Part shown: piece after piece, positions 47,837 through 57,693 of the stretch | How the letters are laid out: every line of letters starts with the position of its first letter | How positions within the stretch are numbered: position 1 is the first letter of the stretch | DNA from: Candidatus Latescibacterota bacterium | GTDB lineage: Bacteria > Latescibacterota > UBA2968 | DNA: 64,000 nucleotides | Direction: 5' to 3' | NCBI GenBank assembly: GCA_965222605.1 | Contig: OZ244960.1 | Location: 3,776,001 to 3,840,000 of the forward strand | Notes under the pieces: generated by a model | What the model was told of the DNA's origin: nothing | Seen by the model: the letters and a program-made list of their open reading frames with translations, nothing else | Databases searched by the model: none | Made by a program: the position numbers and the translations under genes

Positions 47837-50536
47837 ATGGCTAAACGTAGATCACCTAAAACTGTCACCACTATCCGGCACAAGGACGCATCACGAAAAA
47901 ATATCCCCACTGCCGAACACCAGCCACTCATGCGCGAGGAGGAGCAGACCCCTATTCCCCGTACCTATGCGCGACGCAACCGCGATCTCGATCCCCAATT
48001 GGTGTGGCGCGGCAAGGATGAGCAGGATTGGTCAGATTTGGTGGTACAGGCACCACCTCTGTACATTCAGGAGAAGGTCCATCCCAAGGTGCTAATCGAC
48101 GATTTGGTGCGCCGAAGCGAAGAAGACGCTGCGAGTGAGTCGGGCTTCCAGACGGACCTCTTTGCCGATTTCAATGGCTTGCCTTCGGAGGACGCCAAGA
48201 CCGAGTTCTACCAGCACGAGGCCAACTGGTCGAATCGCATGATCCTCGGCGATAGTTTGCAGGTGATGGCGTCGCTGGCAGAGCGCGAAGGACTGCGCGG
48301 CAAGGTGCAGTGTATCTACATCGATCCACCTTATGGGATTAAGTTCAATTCCAATTTCCAGTGGTCAACCACCAGCCGCGATGTGAGAGATGGTAAAGCC
48401 GAGCATATTACTCGAGAGCCAGAGCAGGTGAAAGCGTTTCGGGATACCTGGCGGGATGGGATTCATTCATACCTGACGTATCTGAGGGATAGACTGACGG
48501 TGGCGCGGGATTTGTTGACAGAGAGTGGGTCGGTGTTTGTGCAGATTGGGGATGAGAATGTGCATCGGGTGCGGGCTGTGATGGATGAGGTGTTTGGGGA
48601 GGAGAATTTTCTTTCATTAATTAGCTTTCAAACCTCTACAGGTAGGACTGCTGCAACACTTGATTCCGTAGCCGACTATCTCCTTTGGTATGCGAAAGAT
48701 CCGAGTTCAATCAAGTTTCGACAATTGTTTACAGTAGGAGAGGCTTTTAGATCTTCAGGTGAGGATTACCGCGGCAGATATGAGCTAGGAGACTTAACAT
48801 CCCAACATCCTAGCCAGACACGTAGCGTCGAAATTAGCTTTCGTGGTGAGTCCTTTTGGCCCTCGGCAAATAGGCAGTGGGCATTCGACCCGGAACGGAT
48901 AAATAGATTAGAAGCTGCCGATAGGGTAGTCAGATTTAGTTCCAGGCAGATTCGGTGGAAGAAGTATGAATTTGAACGTGCCAGAGGGAAGCTTAATAAT
49001 GTTTGGCCTGACACACAATTTGGAGCCTTCGCAAGCGATAAGATTTACGTTGTACAAACGAATCGCAAGGTCATTGAACGCTGCATCCTCATGACTACCG
49101 ACCCCGGCGATCTCGTTCTTGATCCAACTTGCGGCTCCGGCACAACCGCGTACGTCGCCGAGCAGTGGGGCCGTCGCTGGATTACCATTGACACTTCCCG
49201 CGTCGCGCTGGCACTTGCTCGTGCTCGTATCATGGGCGCTCGCTATCCCTACTACTTGCTTTCCGATAGCCGCGAGGGGCAGATCGAGGAGGCTGAGATA
49301 GAACGCCGGGCACCCTCGGAATCGCCGACCTATGGCAACATCCGCCAGGGTTTCGTGTACGAGCGCGTGCCCCACATCACCCTTAAGTCCATTGTCAATA
49401 ACGCCGAAATTGACGTGATTTGGGAGGCGTTTCAGGAGAAGTTGGAGCCTTTGCGCCAGCAACTCAATGAGGTTCTTGAGAAGAAATGGGAAGAGTGGGA
49501 GATTCCGCGCGAGGCTGAGGATGATTGGTCCAAACGCGCAAAGGATTTACATGCCGACTGGTGGAAGCAGCGGATCGCGCGGCAAAAGGAGATTGACGCA
49601 TCTATCGCAGCTAAGGCAGACTATGAGTACCTCTACGATAAGCCTTATGAGAACTCGCGGAAGGTGCGCGTTGCGGGGCCGTTTACTGTTGAGAGCATTT
49701 CGCCCCATCGCGTGCTATCAGTGGATGAGAACGACGAGTTCATTGAAGATGTCGAAGAAGCAAAGACCGGCTACGATTTCGCCCAGGTCATTCTGGATAA
49801 TCTGAAGACTGCGGGCGTCCAGCAGGCGCATAAGGAAGATCGGATTGCGTTTACGTACACTACGCCATGGCCAGGTGAGATGGTTTGCGCCGAGGGGCGT
49901 TATGCCGAAGGTGCGTCTGAGAAACGTGCAGGTATTTTCGTCGGGCCGGAGTTCGGTACTGTGTCTCGTCCTGACCTGGTGCAGGCTGCGCGGGAGGCTG
50001 CTGATGCGGGTTTTGATGTGCTGGTCGCTTGTGCCTTCAACTACGACGCACACACGACGGATTTCGAACGGCTGGGGCGCGTCCCGGTGCTCAAGGCGCG
50101 CATGAATGCCGACCTGCACATGGCCGATGACTTGAAGAATACAGGTAAGGGAAATTTGTTCGTTATTTTTGGTGAGCCGGATATCGACATACTGGATGCC
50201 GAAGATGGACAGATACAGGTGAAAGTAAATGGGGTGGATGTGTTCCACCCAAATACAGGAGAGGTTCGCAGCGATGGCCCGGAGGGTATCGCCTGTTGGT
50301 TTATTGATACGGACTACAATGAGGAGAGTTTCTTTGTGCGCCACGCTTATTTTCTCGGTGCCAGCGATCCGTACAAATCGTTGAAGACTACGCTCAAGGC
50401 CGAGATCAACGCGGACGCCTGGGCCACGCTCAAAAGCGATACTTCTCGTCCCTTTGAGAAGCCCGCATCTGGACGCATCGCTGTCAAGGTCATCAACCAC
50501 TTGGGGGATGAGGTGATGAAGGTTTTCAGGGTGTAA
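47837..50536 (+). CDS. Type III-like adenine DNA methyltransferase (Mod)
   Basis: DPPY motif IV precedes DPTCGSGTT motif I (beta class). Confidence 0.92.
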   Translation: MAKRRSPKTVTTIRHKDASRKNIPTAEHQPLMREEEQTPIPRTYARRNRDLDPQLVWRGKDEQDWSDLVVQAPPLYIQEKVHPKVLIDDLVRRSEEDAASESGFQTDLFADFNGLPSEDAKTEFYQHEANWSNRMILGDSLQVMASLAEREGLRGKVQCIYIDPPYGIKFNSNFQWSTTSRDVRDGKAEHITREPEQVKAFRDTWRDGIHSYLTYLRDRLTVARDLLTESGSVFVQIGDENVHRVRAVMDEVFGEENFLSLISFQTSTGRTAATLDSVADYLLWYAKDPSSIKFRQLFTVGEAFRSSGEDYRGRYELGDLTSQHPSQTRSVEISFRGESFWPSANRQWAFDPERINRLEAADRVVRFSSRQIRWKKYEFERARGKLNNVWPDTQFGAFASDKIYVVQTNRKVIERCILMTTDPGDLVLDPTCGSGTTAYVAEQWGRRWITIDTSRVALALARARIMGARYPYYLLSDSREGQIEEAEIERRAPSESPTYGNIRQGFVYERVPHITLKSIVNNAEIDVIWEAFQEKLEPLRQQLNEVLEKKWEEWEIPREAEDDWSKRAKDLHADWWKQRIARQKEIDASIAAKADYEYLYDKPYENSRKVRVAGPFTVESISPHRVLSVDENDEFIEDVEEAKTGYDFAQVILDNLKTAGVQQAHKEDRIAFTYTTPWPGEMVCAEGRYAEGASEKRAGIFVGPEFGTVSRPDLVQAAREAADAGFDVLVACAFNYDAHTTDFERLGRVPVLKARMNADLHMADDLKNTGKGNLFVIFGEPDIDILDAEDGQIQVKVNGVDVFHPNTGEVRSDGPEGIACWFIDTDYNEESFFVRHAYFLGASDPYKSLKTTLKAEINADAWATLKSDTSRPFEKPASGRIAVKVINHLGDEVMKVFRV

Positions 50537-50563
50537 TAGATTCCGCGGTGAAAAGGTGCATCG

Positions 50564-50597
50564 TTGCGAAAACAAGCGAAATAGGCTATTCTTGTTG
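50564..50597 (+). promoter_or_regulatory. Promoter overlapped by an AACAAG-N14-CTTGTT dyad
   Basis: TTGCGA-17-TATTCT; 50569-50597 matches 53629-53657 at 25/29. Confidence 0.5.
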
Positions 50598-50934
50598 GCA
50601 CAGAGAGATGCGAGTAGGCAAGCGAGATTGCTCGCTCACGCGATACAGGTAGTCTTATTTTTATGTACCAATTACCAGAAATAGCAAAATATAAAGGAGA
50701 TTATATTGAAGGAAAATACAACGACAAATAACTACAAATATGAAAAAGCGATAAATGCCTTGGTAGAGAAAGAAGTATCACAACCACTCTCTCCAATACA
50801 AAGAGTAGCTGCCGCGTTGTGGTTAAAAAATAATGACATCATCGAAACAATTAAGAGTGTTCTTGGTGTATTTGGATATGATGATAATCGTCTAAAAAAG
50901 ATGAATGAGTGGGGATTAAAGAAAACTCTTTTAG

Positions 50935-52641
50935 CCCGACTAATTCATGAACTGTAATGGTTGGGGTTGTTTGTCAGGCGGCATCGGTTCCAAGCATCAA
51001 AATGAGGGTGCTTTCTATCTTGTCTGCCGTCATAGGCGTCTTCATAGAGTTCAAGCAGCCCAAATCGTCCCCTGACAGGCTCTGCCAGTGTCAAAAGTAC
51101 AGACCGGTCCCTTGCCAGTCCTGTCTGTGGATAAGTCCGTGTATTTGTAAAGTCAGCAAGTGATGGGACAGACCCCTATTCCTTCCCCGTTGATGGGTTA
51201 TGGCACCGCCTTTGCCAGATTGCACAGGATTTTATCAAAAAGGTGTGGCAATGGAAATGACATAGGCAGATGGAAGGTGATCTTTGTTTTCAACTCACAG
51301 ACGCGTCCGGCGACTTTAAGGAAACGATTTTGGAGGGTATTGACCTGTGCGTTTATCCACGTTGTGCCTTGTAATCCGATGTGCGCTAAGGTGTGCAACA
51401 AGACATAGGCAGCCGAATGGAGGAAGAGGCGGAACTGATTGGCTCCAAAAGCGTGACAGGACGTGCGGTCTGAGTGGAGAAAGGTTTTGTGATTTTTAAT
51501 GAAGTTTTCCATCTGTCCGCGCGCACAATAGATATTTTGGTAGATAAAGGAGGCCCTTGAACTTTCAAGGTTGGTCACGACAAAGCGTGTGTTTTGGCCT
51601 CGGGTGGTGATTTCAGCTTTGCATAAGATGCGTCTGGCACAGGCCCAAGTCTGGGCTTGGTAATAAAATGAGGTAAAAAGTCGCACGGGCTTGCCGGTTT
51701 GTGCATAAAGGCTTTTGGTCTGATCCATCAGGGGCTTTGAAAGGGCTAAGAGTCGGGTATTGGCACTTTGTCCGAGGATAAAAAAGAGGTCCTTTGTCGC
51801 ACAAAAGTCCTGGACTTCTGGACTTGAGAAGTGGGCATCGCCTCGCAAAAAGAGTGCCACCTTTGGCCAAGCCTGACGAATATAAGCGACTAACCGCTTG
51901 AGAATGGTGACAATCTGTTTGCCATCAGGACGCACACCCGGACGTAAAATCGTCGTGATTAGCTTGCCCGATTGCCCTTCATAAATATGCAAAGGCTGGT
52001 AGGAGTAGGCACCCAAATACCCATTGAATAAGGACAACTGCTGCGTCCCATAAACCCTATCCTGCGTATCATCAATATCTAAGATGATCGACGAAGGCGG
52101 CTTTTTATACGAAGCAATAAAACAATCGACAAAGGCACGAGCAACGCGATACAAATCGCTTCTGCTCATCTGATTCTCAAACCGACTCATCGTGGGTTGA
52201 CTGGCCAAGTTCTCACCACTTATGGGCAAGCGATCACAGGCAACCTTGAAGCCGGGATCGCTGCGTAAGGCATTGCAATCATTGGCATCTTCATACCCAC
52301 AGGCAATTTGAAACACGCGCTGTTTGATCAACTCTGCCGTGCTATGCGCCACATAACTTTGATGCCGATGGTCTTTAATCGCGCGACTCAAACGTGATAA
52401 AATACCCGTTTTGGCCTCCACTTCTCGAAGCAATAAGGCTCCGCTATCGCTGGTGAGAATACCCCCATCAAAGGCGAGGTTGAGACGTTTGCCGAAAATG
52501 CTTGCCAAAGGAACCTTGCAATGATTATCTTGTGTGCTCACGGTAGTTTCTCCCAAGTTCATTGTTCAATGGTTATGCGTATAACCTAATATAATACAAT
52601 AACTTGAATAGGGAAACTACCTTTTTTATGAATTTTTCGGG
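50935..52641 (-). mobile_element. IS1380-family insertion sequence, 1707 bp
   Basis: Inverted repeats CCCGACTAATTCATGAA / CCCGAAAAATTCATAAA (14/17), TTAG target duplication. Confidence 0.9.
51198..52562 (-). CDS. IS1380-family DDE transposase
   Basis: FDGGILTSDSG, GYEDAND, LDIDDT, LRGD, YCARGQMENFIK. Confidence 0.93.
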   Translation of the reverse strand: MNLGETTVSTQDNHCKVPLASIFGKRLNLAFDGGILTSDSGALLLREVEAKTGILSRLSRAIKDHRHQSYVAHSTAELIKQRVFQIACGYEDANDCNALRSDPGFKVACDRLPISGENLASQPTMSRFENQMSRSDLYRVARAFVDCFIASYKKPPSSIILDIDDTQDRVYGTQQLSLFNGYLGAYSYQPLHIYEGQSGKLITTILRPGVRPDGKQIVTILKRLVAYIRQAWPKVALFLRGDAHFSSPEVQDFCATKDLFFILGQSANTRLLALSKPLMDQTKSLYAQTGKPVRLFTSFYYQAQTWACARRILCKAEITTRGQNTRFVVTNLESSRASFIYQNIYCARGQMENFIKNHKTFLHSDRTSCHAFGANQFRLFLHSAAYVLLHTLAHIGLQGTTWINAQVNTLQNRFLKVAGRVCELKTKITFHLPMSFPLPHLFDKILCNLAKAVP

Positions 52642-53347
52642 TTAGAAGAGATTGCCCAAGATTGTCATTATAAGTTCTTCACTTCACCATTAGGGTTATG
52701 GAGCAAGTCTGACCTAAAAAAGCGCATAGGTTGGATTGACGCTGAAGAACTGAAAGGAGAAATAGCGCAATTAAACATGCGTAATTCCATTATACACCAT
52801 GCAGATATGAAATCTATAGTTGTGTACAATTCGAAAAAAGGTATAATTCACAAAAAGGAGATATTGGAAACCCTTTCTCGTATGACAAAATTGCACATAT
52901 TGCTCCATGCGATATCAAGATATACAAGAAAAATAAGTAATATTGCCAATTTCTCAATCTCATTGAGAACGACGGATGATAACAAAAATATTATGCTATG
53001 TTTTTTGCCTTTTATATGTGGATTTTTATCATGGAAACATAACGAATATCGGGAAAATTTAAGAGCAGGATGGGAAGCTTCTATCATAAACCAAGCTGTT
53101 GGTAAACGTATTGATGACCGTATAGAGGTGTTTGAGAAATACAAAAAAGAATACGGTGCAAAATATCGTGGTGAACCGATAGAGGAGAGAACAGTTGTAT
53201 TCGGTGGAACTTATTCTGAACTCTGTACAAAACTACGCGAAGGATGTGAAGGGGCAGAACAATAGTCTTATTGTCCATCGCACTGCGATGAAGATATAAT
53301 CGTCTGTGAAGCATTAAGCACGCGAAGTTAAGGGAGCAGTTTCGGAT

Positions 53348-53557
53348 ATGGCCAAACACTATGTTGAGCACGAACACCAGAAAGTATCTCACGATGCCTT
53401 GCCAGAGGCGCAAGGAACGCTGGCGGACTTTCTCCGGGGACATATCGGCGTCCTGCATAGTGGTGAACATGTCCCCGGCGGTGATCGCATGTCGGAAGAT
53501 AGTGGCAAAAAATTTGCCGAGGGTTTGCTAAAACAACGTCAGCAAGGGGAACAATGA
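53348..53557 (+). CDS. Orphan antitoxin-like peptide followed by a vapC stub
   Basis: 69 aa; its stop overlaps (ATGA) MILTGTGP, which resembles a PIN toxin start MILxDTGP. Confidence 0.45.
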   Translation: MAKHYVEHEHQKVSHDALPEAQGTLADFLRGHIGVLHSGEHVPGGDRMSEDSGKKFAEGLLKQRQQGEQ

Positions 53558-53710
53558 TCCTGACGGGTACGGGCCCTTATTATTTTGAATTTCATCAAAA
53601 CCTGAAGAAAATTCTGCTCTTTATTATAAAAACAAGTAGAATAGGCTATCCTTGTTGACGTCTTTTTAAGTTTGCCGAATTTTTTGATCATCGAAGCACT
53701 GGAGATGAAC

Positions 53711-55060
53711 ATGAAGATAAAAGAAATAGAGATTCGATCCCTATTCGGGTATTTTAACCACAAGATACCTCTGAAGGAGGATGACCGTATTACCATAATC
53801 CACGGACCGAATGGCGTTGGCAAGACAACGGTTCTTCGTCTTATCTCTGACCTCTTTGAGGGGCATTTTCACGCATTGCTTGGTACTCCCTTTGACCGCA
53901 TTGTGGTGCGTTTCAAGCCCAAAGGTAGCTTGGCAGTTATTCCTACAAAAGAAAAAGGAGCAAAAGATTTTGGGAAGCTGGAATTGATCTACCGTTTTGG
54001 GAAAGAACGGATTGAGCATACTGTGTGGTTACTAAGGGGACAAGGGAGACATAGACGATTGTCCCCCAGTATCTTAGAAAGACTGATTGACAATATAGAA
54101 CGTATTAGCCCATCTGAGTGGAGCGATGACACTGGCGAAATAATGTCTTTTGATGAAGTGATTTCCCGTTACGAGCATTTCTTACCCCCTGATATCCGTG
54201 AATCTATGATCTCGGTTCCAGAGGAAATAGAGAGCTTATTAGAACAAATCAATATTGTAGTTGTTGAAACTCAGAGACTCTTCACAGGGCATAAAGACGA
54301 ACGCGAAGAACGAACGTTTCGATTTAGAAGAAGAGAAATTTCTGTACAGCGGATGACGGTAGAGCAATACTCGGAGGATATGGTCGCCAGAATAGAGAGC
54401 TACCAAAGGAAATCCGGTGAGCTTGGCGTATCTTTAGATAGCTCTTTCCCCCAACGACTTTTATTTGACTCAGAATTGCCGAAAATCGCGACAGAAAATT
54501 ACATTAGACAAGAATATACTGATCAGTCGAGATATAGAGATCGATTGATGGAGGCTAGCCTCCTTGCTGCTGAAACCCCGGTACCTCTCTCCTCTGAAAG
54601 TCTAAAAGAGCATGAACGAAAGGTTTTATGGGCCTACCTCAATGACGTGAAACAGAAACTCCAAGTTTTCGATCCTCTTCTCCGCCGCGTGGAATTGTTT
54701 AAAGATATTGTCAACTCTCGTTTCTCATATAAGAAATTCAAAGTAGATAGAGAGAAGGGTTTCATTTTCGAATCGGATCACGATGGATCTATTGTGCCTC
54801 CAGGAGCACTGTCTTCTGGTGAGCAGCACGAACTTGTCCTGACTTATGAACTTTTGTTCAAGGCACCGGCAGGCTCTCTCATTTTTATAGACGAACCCGA
54901 GTTGTCTCTGCATGTGTCATGGCAGAGACTGTTTCTCGAGGATATTGCCAAAATATCGGAGTTGGCGGACCTTGATTTTCTTGTGGCTACCCATTCTCCA
55001 TCTATCGTCTATGACCGGCGTGATCTCATGGTTGAGCTGGCAGGTGAAAAGGAAGGCTAA
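53711..55060 (+). CDS. ABC/AAA_21-type ATPase, PARIS AriA-like
   Basis: GPNGVGKT, LSSGEQ, IDEPELSLH, ATHSP. Confidence 0.85.
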   Translation: MKIKEIEIRSLFGYFNHKIPLKEDDRITIIHGPNGVGKTTVLRLISDLFEGHFHALLGTPFDRIVVRFKPKGSLAVIPTKEKGAKDFGKLELIYRFGKERIEHTVWLLRGQGRHRRLSPSILERLIDNIERISPSEWSDDTGEIMSFDEVISRYEHFLPPDIRESMISVPEEIESLLEQINIVVVETQRLFTGHKDEREERTFRFRRREISVQRMTVEQYSEDMVARIESYQRKSGELGVSLDSSFPQRLLFDSELPKIATENYIRQEYTDQSRYRDRLMEASLLAAETPVPLSSESLKEHERKVLWAYLNDVKQKLQVFDPLLRRVELFKDIVNSRFSYKKFKVDREKGFIFESDHDGSIVPPGALSSGEQHELVLTYELLFKAPAGSLIFIDEPELSLHVSWQRLFLEDIAKISELADLDFLVATHSPSIVYDRRDLMVELAGEKEG

Positions 55061-55064
55061 CATT

Positions 55065-55919
55065 ATGGAGCGGACAGGCGACGACATCGCCAACGAAGTA
55101 CTTTTTGAACGTGCCAAATACAATGGACCTGTGCTCCTCCTCGAAGGAGATAATGACGTGAAATTTTTCTACCAGTTTGTTAAAGAGGCTGAAATGCCGA
55201 TTATCCCTGCTTGGGGTAAGGAGAATGTCCTTGAAGCTGTCGAGAAACTTGAATCGGATGGTATCGTACAGGGCTTCTTAGGAATCGTTGATGCAGACTT
55301 TGGGCACGTTGATGGTTCGTTGCCGACTTCCCGGAATGTCGTTGTCACTGACGACCATGACGTAGAAATGATGATTATTAGAACCAGAGCATTTGATGCG
55401 GTCTTGCGTGAGTTGGGGTCAAAAGATAAAATTCGCAGATTCCAAGGTACAGAACATGGAATACGTCATAAAATGATGCAGAAAGCACTGATTATAGGAC
55501 ACTTCCGCCACTTATCTGTGACAAATCACCTTCGCTTGCGTTTTGAAGGGTTGCGTTTTGATCGTTTCGTTGACCGTAATACGTTGAAAATGGATAAGAA
55601 CAAAATGATAAATAACGTTTTTCAGTTAACAAAAAACCCACAATTAGAGGTGGAAGATATTCGAGACAAGTTTTTGGAGCTTGTAGAAGATGACAATGAC
55701 GATCCTTATCAAATCTGCTGTGGGCACGACTTTATTGCGATCTTTGGCATCGCGTTGAGAAAGGTTATAGGAAGCAAGTTAGAGAGAGAGACGCGTCCTG
55801 AAGTATTGGGTAGTATGCTACGTCTTGCGTACGACAGCGACGATTTCCGCCAGACTAAGCTCTACTCGGATGCAAAGCGGTGGTCTAAAAGTAATCAAGA
55901 CTACAATATATTCATTTGA
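55065..55919 (+). CDS. DUF4435 TOPRIM-like protein, PARIS AriB-like
   Basis: LLEGDND, GIVDADF, CGHD; 4 bp downstream of the ATPase. Confidence 0.8.
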   Translation: MERTGDDIANEVLFERAKYNGPVLLLEGDNDVKFFYQFVKEAEMPIIPAWGKENVLEAVEKLESDGIVQGFLGIVDADFGHVDGSLPTSRNVVVTDDHDVEMMIIRTRAFDAVLRELGSKDKIRRFQGTEHGIRHKMMQKALIIGHFRHLSVTNHLRLRFEGLRFDRFVDRNTLKMDKNKMINNVFQLTKNPQLEVEDIRDKFLELVEDDNDDPYQICCGHDFIAIFGIALRKVIGSKLERETRPEVLGSMLRLAYDSDDFRQTKLYSDAKRWSKSNQDYNIFI

Positions 55920-55981
55920 AGCGAGATTTCTAAAAAAATTATTCAATATACCTTCCCCACCAATGGTCTGGTTGACCACAC

Positions 55982-57685
55982 ATGAATTTTAATACCTCCA
56001 ACAATACCTTCCGCCAACTCATGGGCAATGGGCTGAGTTATTGCGTGCCGCCGTTTCAGCGCGACTACTCTTGGGGGGCCGACGAATGGGATGACTTGTG
56101 GCAGGATATTGTCGGGCTGTTTGGCGAGGACCCGGAGCCAGCGCACTACATGGGCTATCTGGTGCTACAATCCGCTGACAGCAGGGTGTTCGACATTATT
56201 GACGGACAGCAACGCATGACGACGCTTAGTCTGTTGATGCTGGCGGCGGTGTCTCATTTAACGGATCTGGCGGTGCCGGGCGACCTGAACGACCCGCAGT
56301 ACCGACGCGCGCAGCAGTTGCGTCACAACTACATCGGCTATCTGGATCCGGTGAGCCTGGTGGCACGCTCCAAGCTGACCCTGAATCGCCACGATGATGG
56401 TTTTTATCAGAACTATCTCGTTCCCTTAGAGCGCCTGCCGCAGCGCGGTTTGAACGCCTCGGAGCATTTATTGCGCCGGGCTTTTACCTTCTTTAAGGAA
56501 CGCGTCAGGGGACACTCACATGACGATGGCGAGGCGGTGGCGCGCTTTGTTGATGTTGCAGTGGATAAGCTATTCTTTACGGTTATCACAGTTACGGATG
56601 AGTTGAATGCCTTCAAAGTCTTCGAGACGCTGAATGCTCGCGGTGTGCGCTTATCGGCTACCGATTTGCTGAAGAATTACTTGTTTTCAGTCATATCGCG
56701 CGGCGGCATGCATGAATCTGAACTCAAGATACTGGAAAATCGCTGGGAAGATATCGTCGGGTTGCTGGGCAGCGAAAGTTTTCCAGAGTTTTTGCGGGTG
56801 TTCTGGAATAGTCGCAACAGGTTGGTACGCAGAACCTACTTGTTCAAAACCATCCGCGACGCAATTAACGACAGGAGCAAGGCGTTTGCGTTAATTCGCG
56901 ATATGGATAGGTGCGCACGGGTTTATACGGCGTTGCGCAGCCCAGAGGACAGTTTATGGGCAGAGAAGGAGCGCGATAACCTGGCGCAGTTGCAGATGTT
57001 CAGCGTGCGCCAACCACTGGCGGTGTTGATGGCGGTGTATGATCGTTTTGCGGAAGACGACAGAGCTGGATTTGGGCGCTTTTTGCGAGCTATTGCAGTG
57101 GTGTCCTTTCGCTACAATGTGATATGTGGTCGCCAAAGCAATGAGCAGGAAGTGGTGTATAACCAGATCGCTTGCGGAATTTCAGAAGGCCGCATTGATA
57201 ATATTGTTGCCGCGATTGCGGCACTGCGTCCGGTTTATCCCGGGGATGGAGAGTTTAGAACGGCTTTTTCCAATAAAGCACTACGGACCTCCAGCAGTCG
57301 CAACAAGAAGATAGCGCGTTTTATCTTGTTCCGTTTGGAAGAGTACCTATCCGGAAAACGGTTTGATTTTGAGAGTGCGAAGTACAGTATTGAGCATGTA
57401 TTGCCGGAGAATCCCGACGATGGCTGGGAAGCATTTGATGATCGACAGCGGGAAGCATCTACCTATCGTTTGGGTAATATGACACTCCTGGAAGCGGCCC
57501 CTAATCGACGTATCGGAAATGCGAGATTCCCTGAAAAGTGCCCTGTTTATGGTGCGAGTGAGTTCTCCATAACCCGCAAGTTGTCGCAAGAATACGATAT
57601 GTGGACCGTGGATAAGGTTCGCTCTCGACAAGAATGGATGGCGAGACAGGCTGCGAGTATATGGCAGATATCATTTAACATTTAA
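55982..57685 (+). CDS. DUF262-DUF1524 GmrSD-like type IV restriction nuclease
   Basis: PPFQRDYSW, DGQQR, FETLNARG, IEHVLP...LGNMTLL. Confidence 0.9.
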   Translation: MNFNTSNNTFRQLMGNGLSYCVPPFQRDYSWGADEWDDLWQDIVGLFGEDPEPAHYMGYLVLQSADSRVFDIIDGQQRMTTLSLLMLAAVSHLTDLAVPGDLNDPQYRRAQQLRHNYIGYLDPVSLVARSKLTLNRHDDGFYQNYLVPLERLPQRGLNASEHLLRRAFTFFKERVRGHSHDDGEAVARFVDVAVDKLFFTVITVTDELNAFKVFETLNARGVRLSATDLLKNYLFSVISRGGMHESELKILENRWEDIVGLLGSESFPEFLRVFWNSRNRLVRRTYLFKTIRDAINDRSKAFALIRDMDRCARVYTALRSPEDSLWAEKERDNLAQLQMFSVRQPLAVLMAVYDRFAEDDRAGFGRFLRAIAVVSFRYNVICGRQSNEQEVVYNQIACGISEGRIDNIVAAIAALRPVYPGDGEFRTAFSNKALRTSSSRNKKIARFILFRLEEYLSGKRFDFESAKYSIEHVLPENPDDGWEAFDDRQREASTYRLGNMTLLEAAPNRRIGNARFPEKCPVYGASEFSITRKLSQEYDMWTVDKVRSRQEWMARQAASIWQISFNI

Positions 57686-57693
57686 GAGGTGAT

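Larger units (their letters stand above)
50706..53265 (+). pseudogene. AT-rich HEPN-motif protein interrupted by an IS
   Basis: Joining 50706-50934 to 52646-53265 restores one 282-aa frame containing RNSIIH. Confidence 0.7.

Noticed and set aside
50957-51408. Plus-strand ORFs inside the IS as passenger genes
   Set aside because: They are short, have no motifs, and lie in the IS end or antisense to the transposase.
50537-57693. Defence genes as integron cassettes or a prophage
   Set aside because: No integrase, attC-like sites or phage structural genes were seen.
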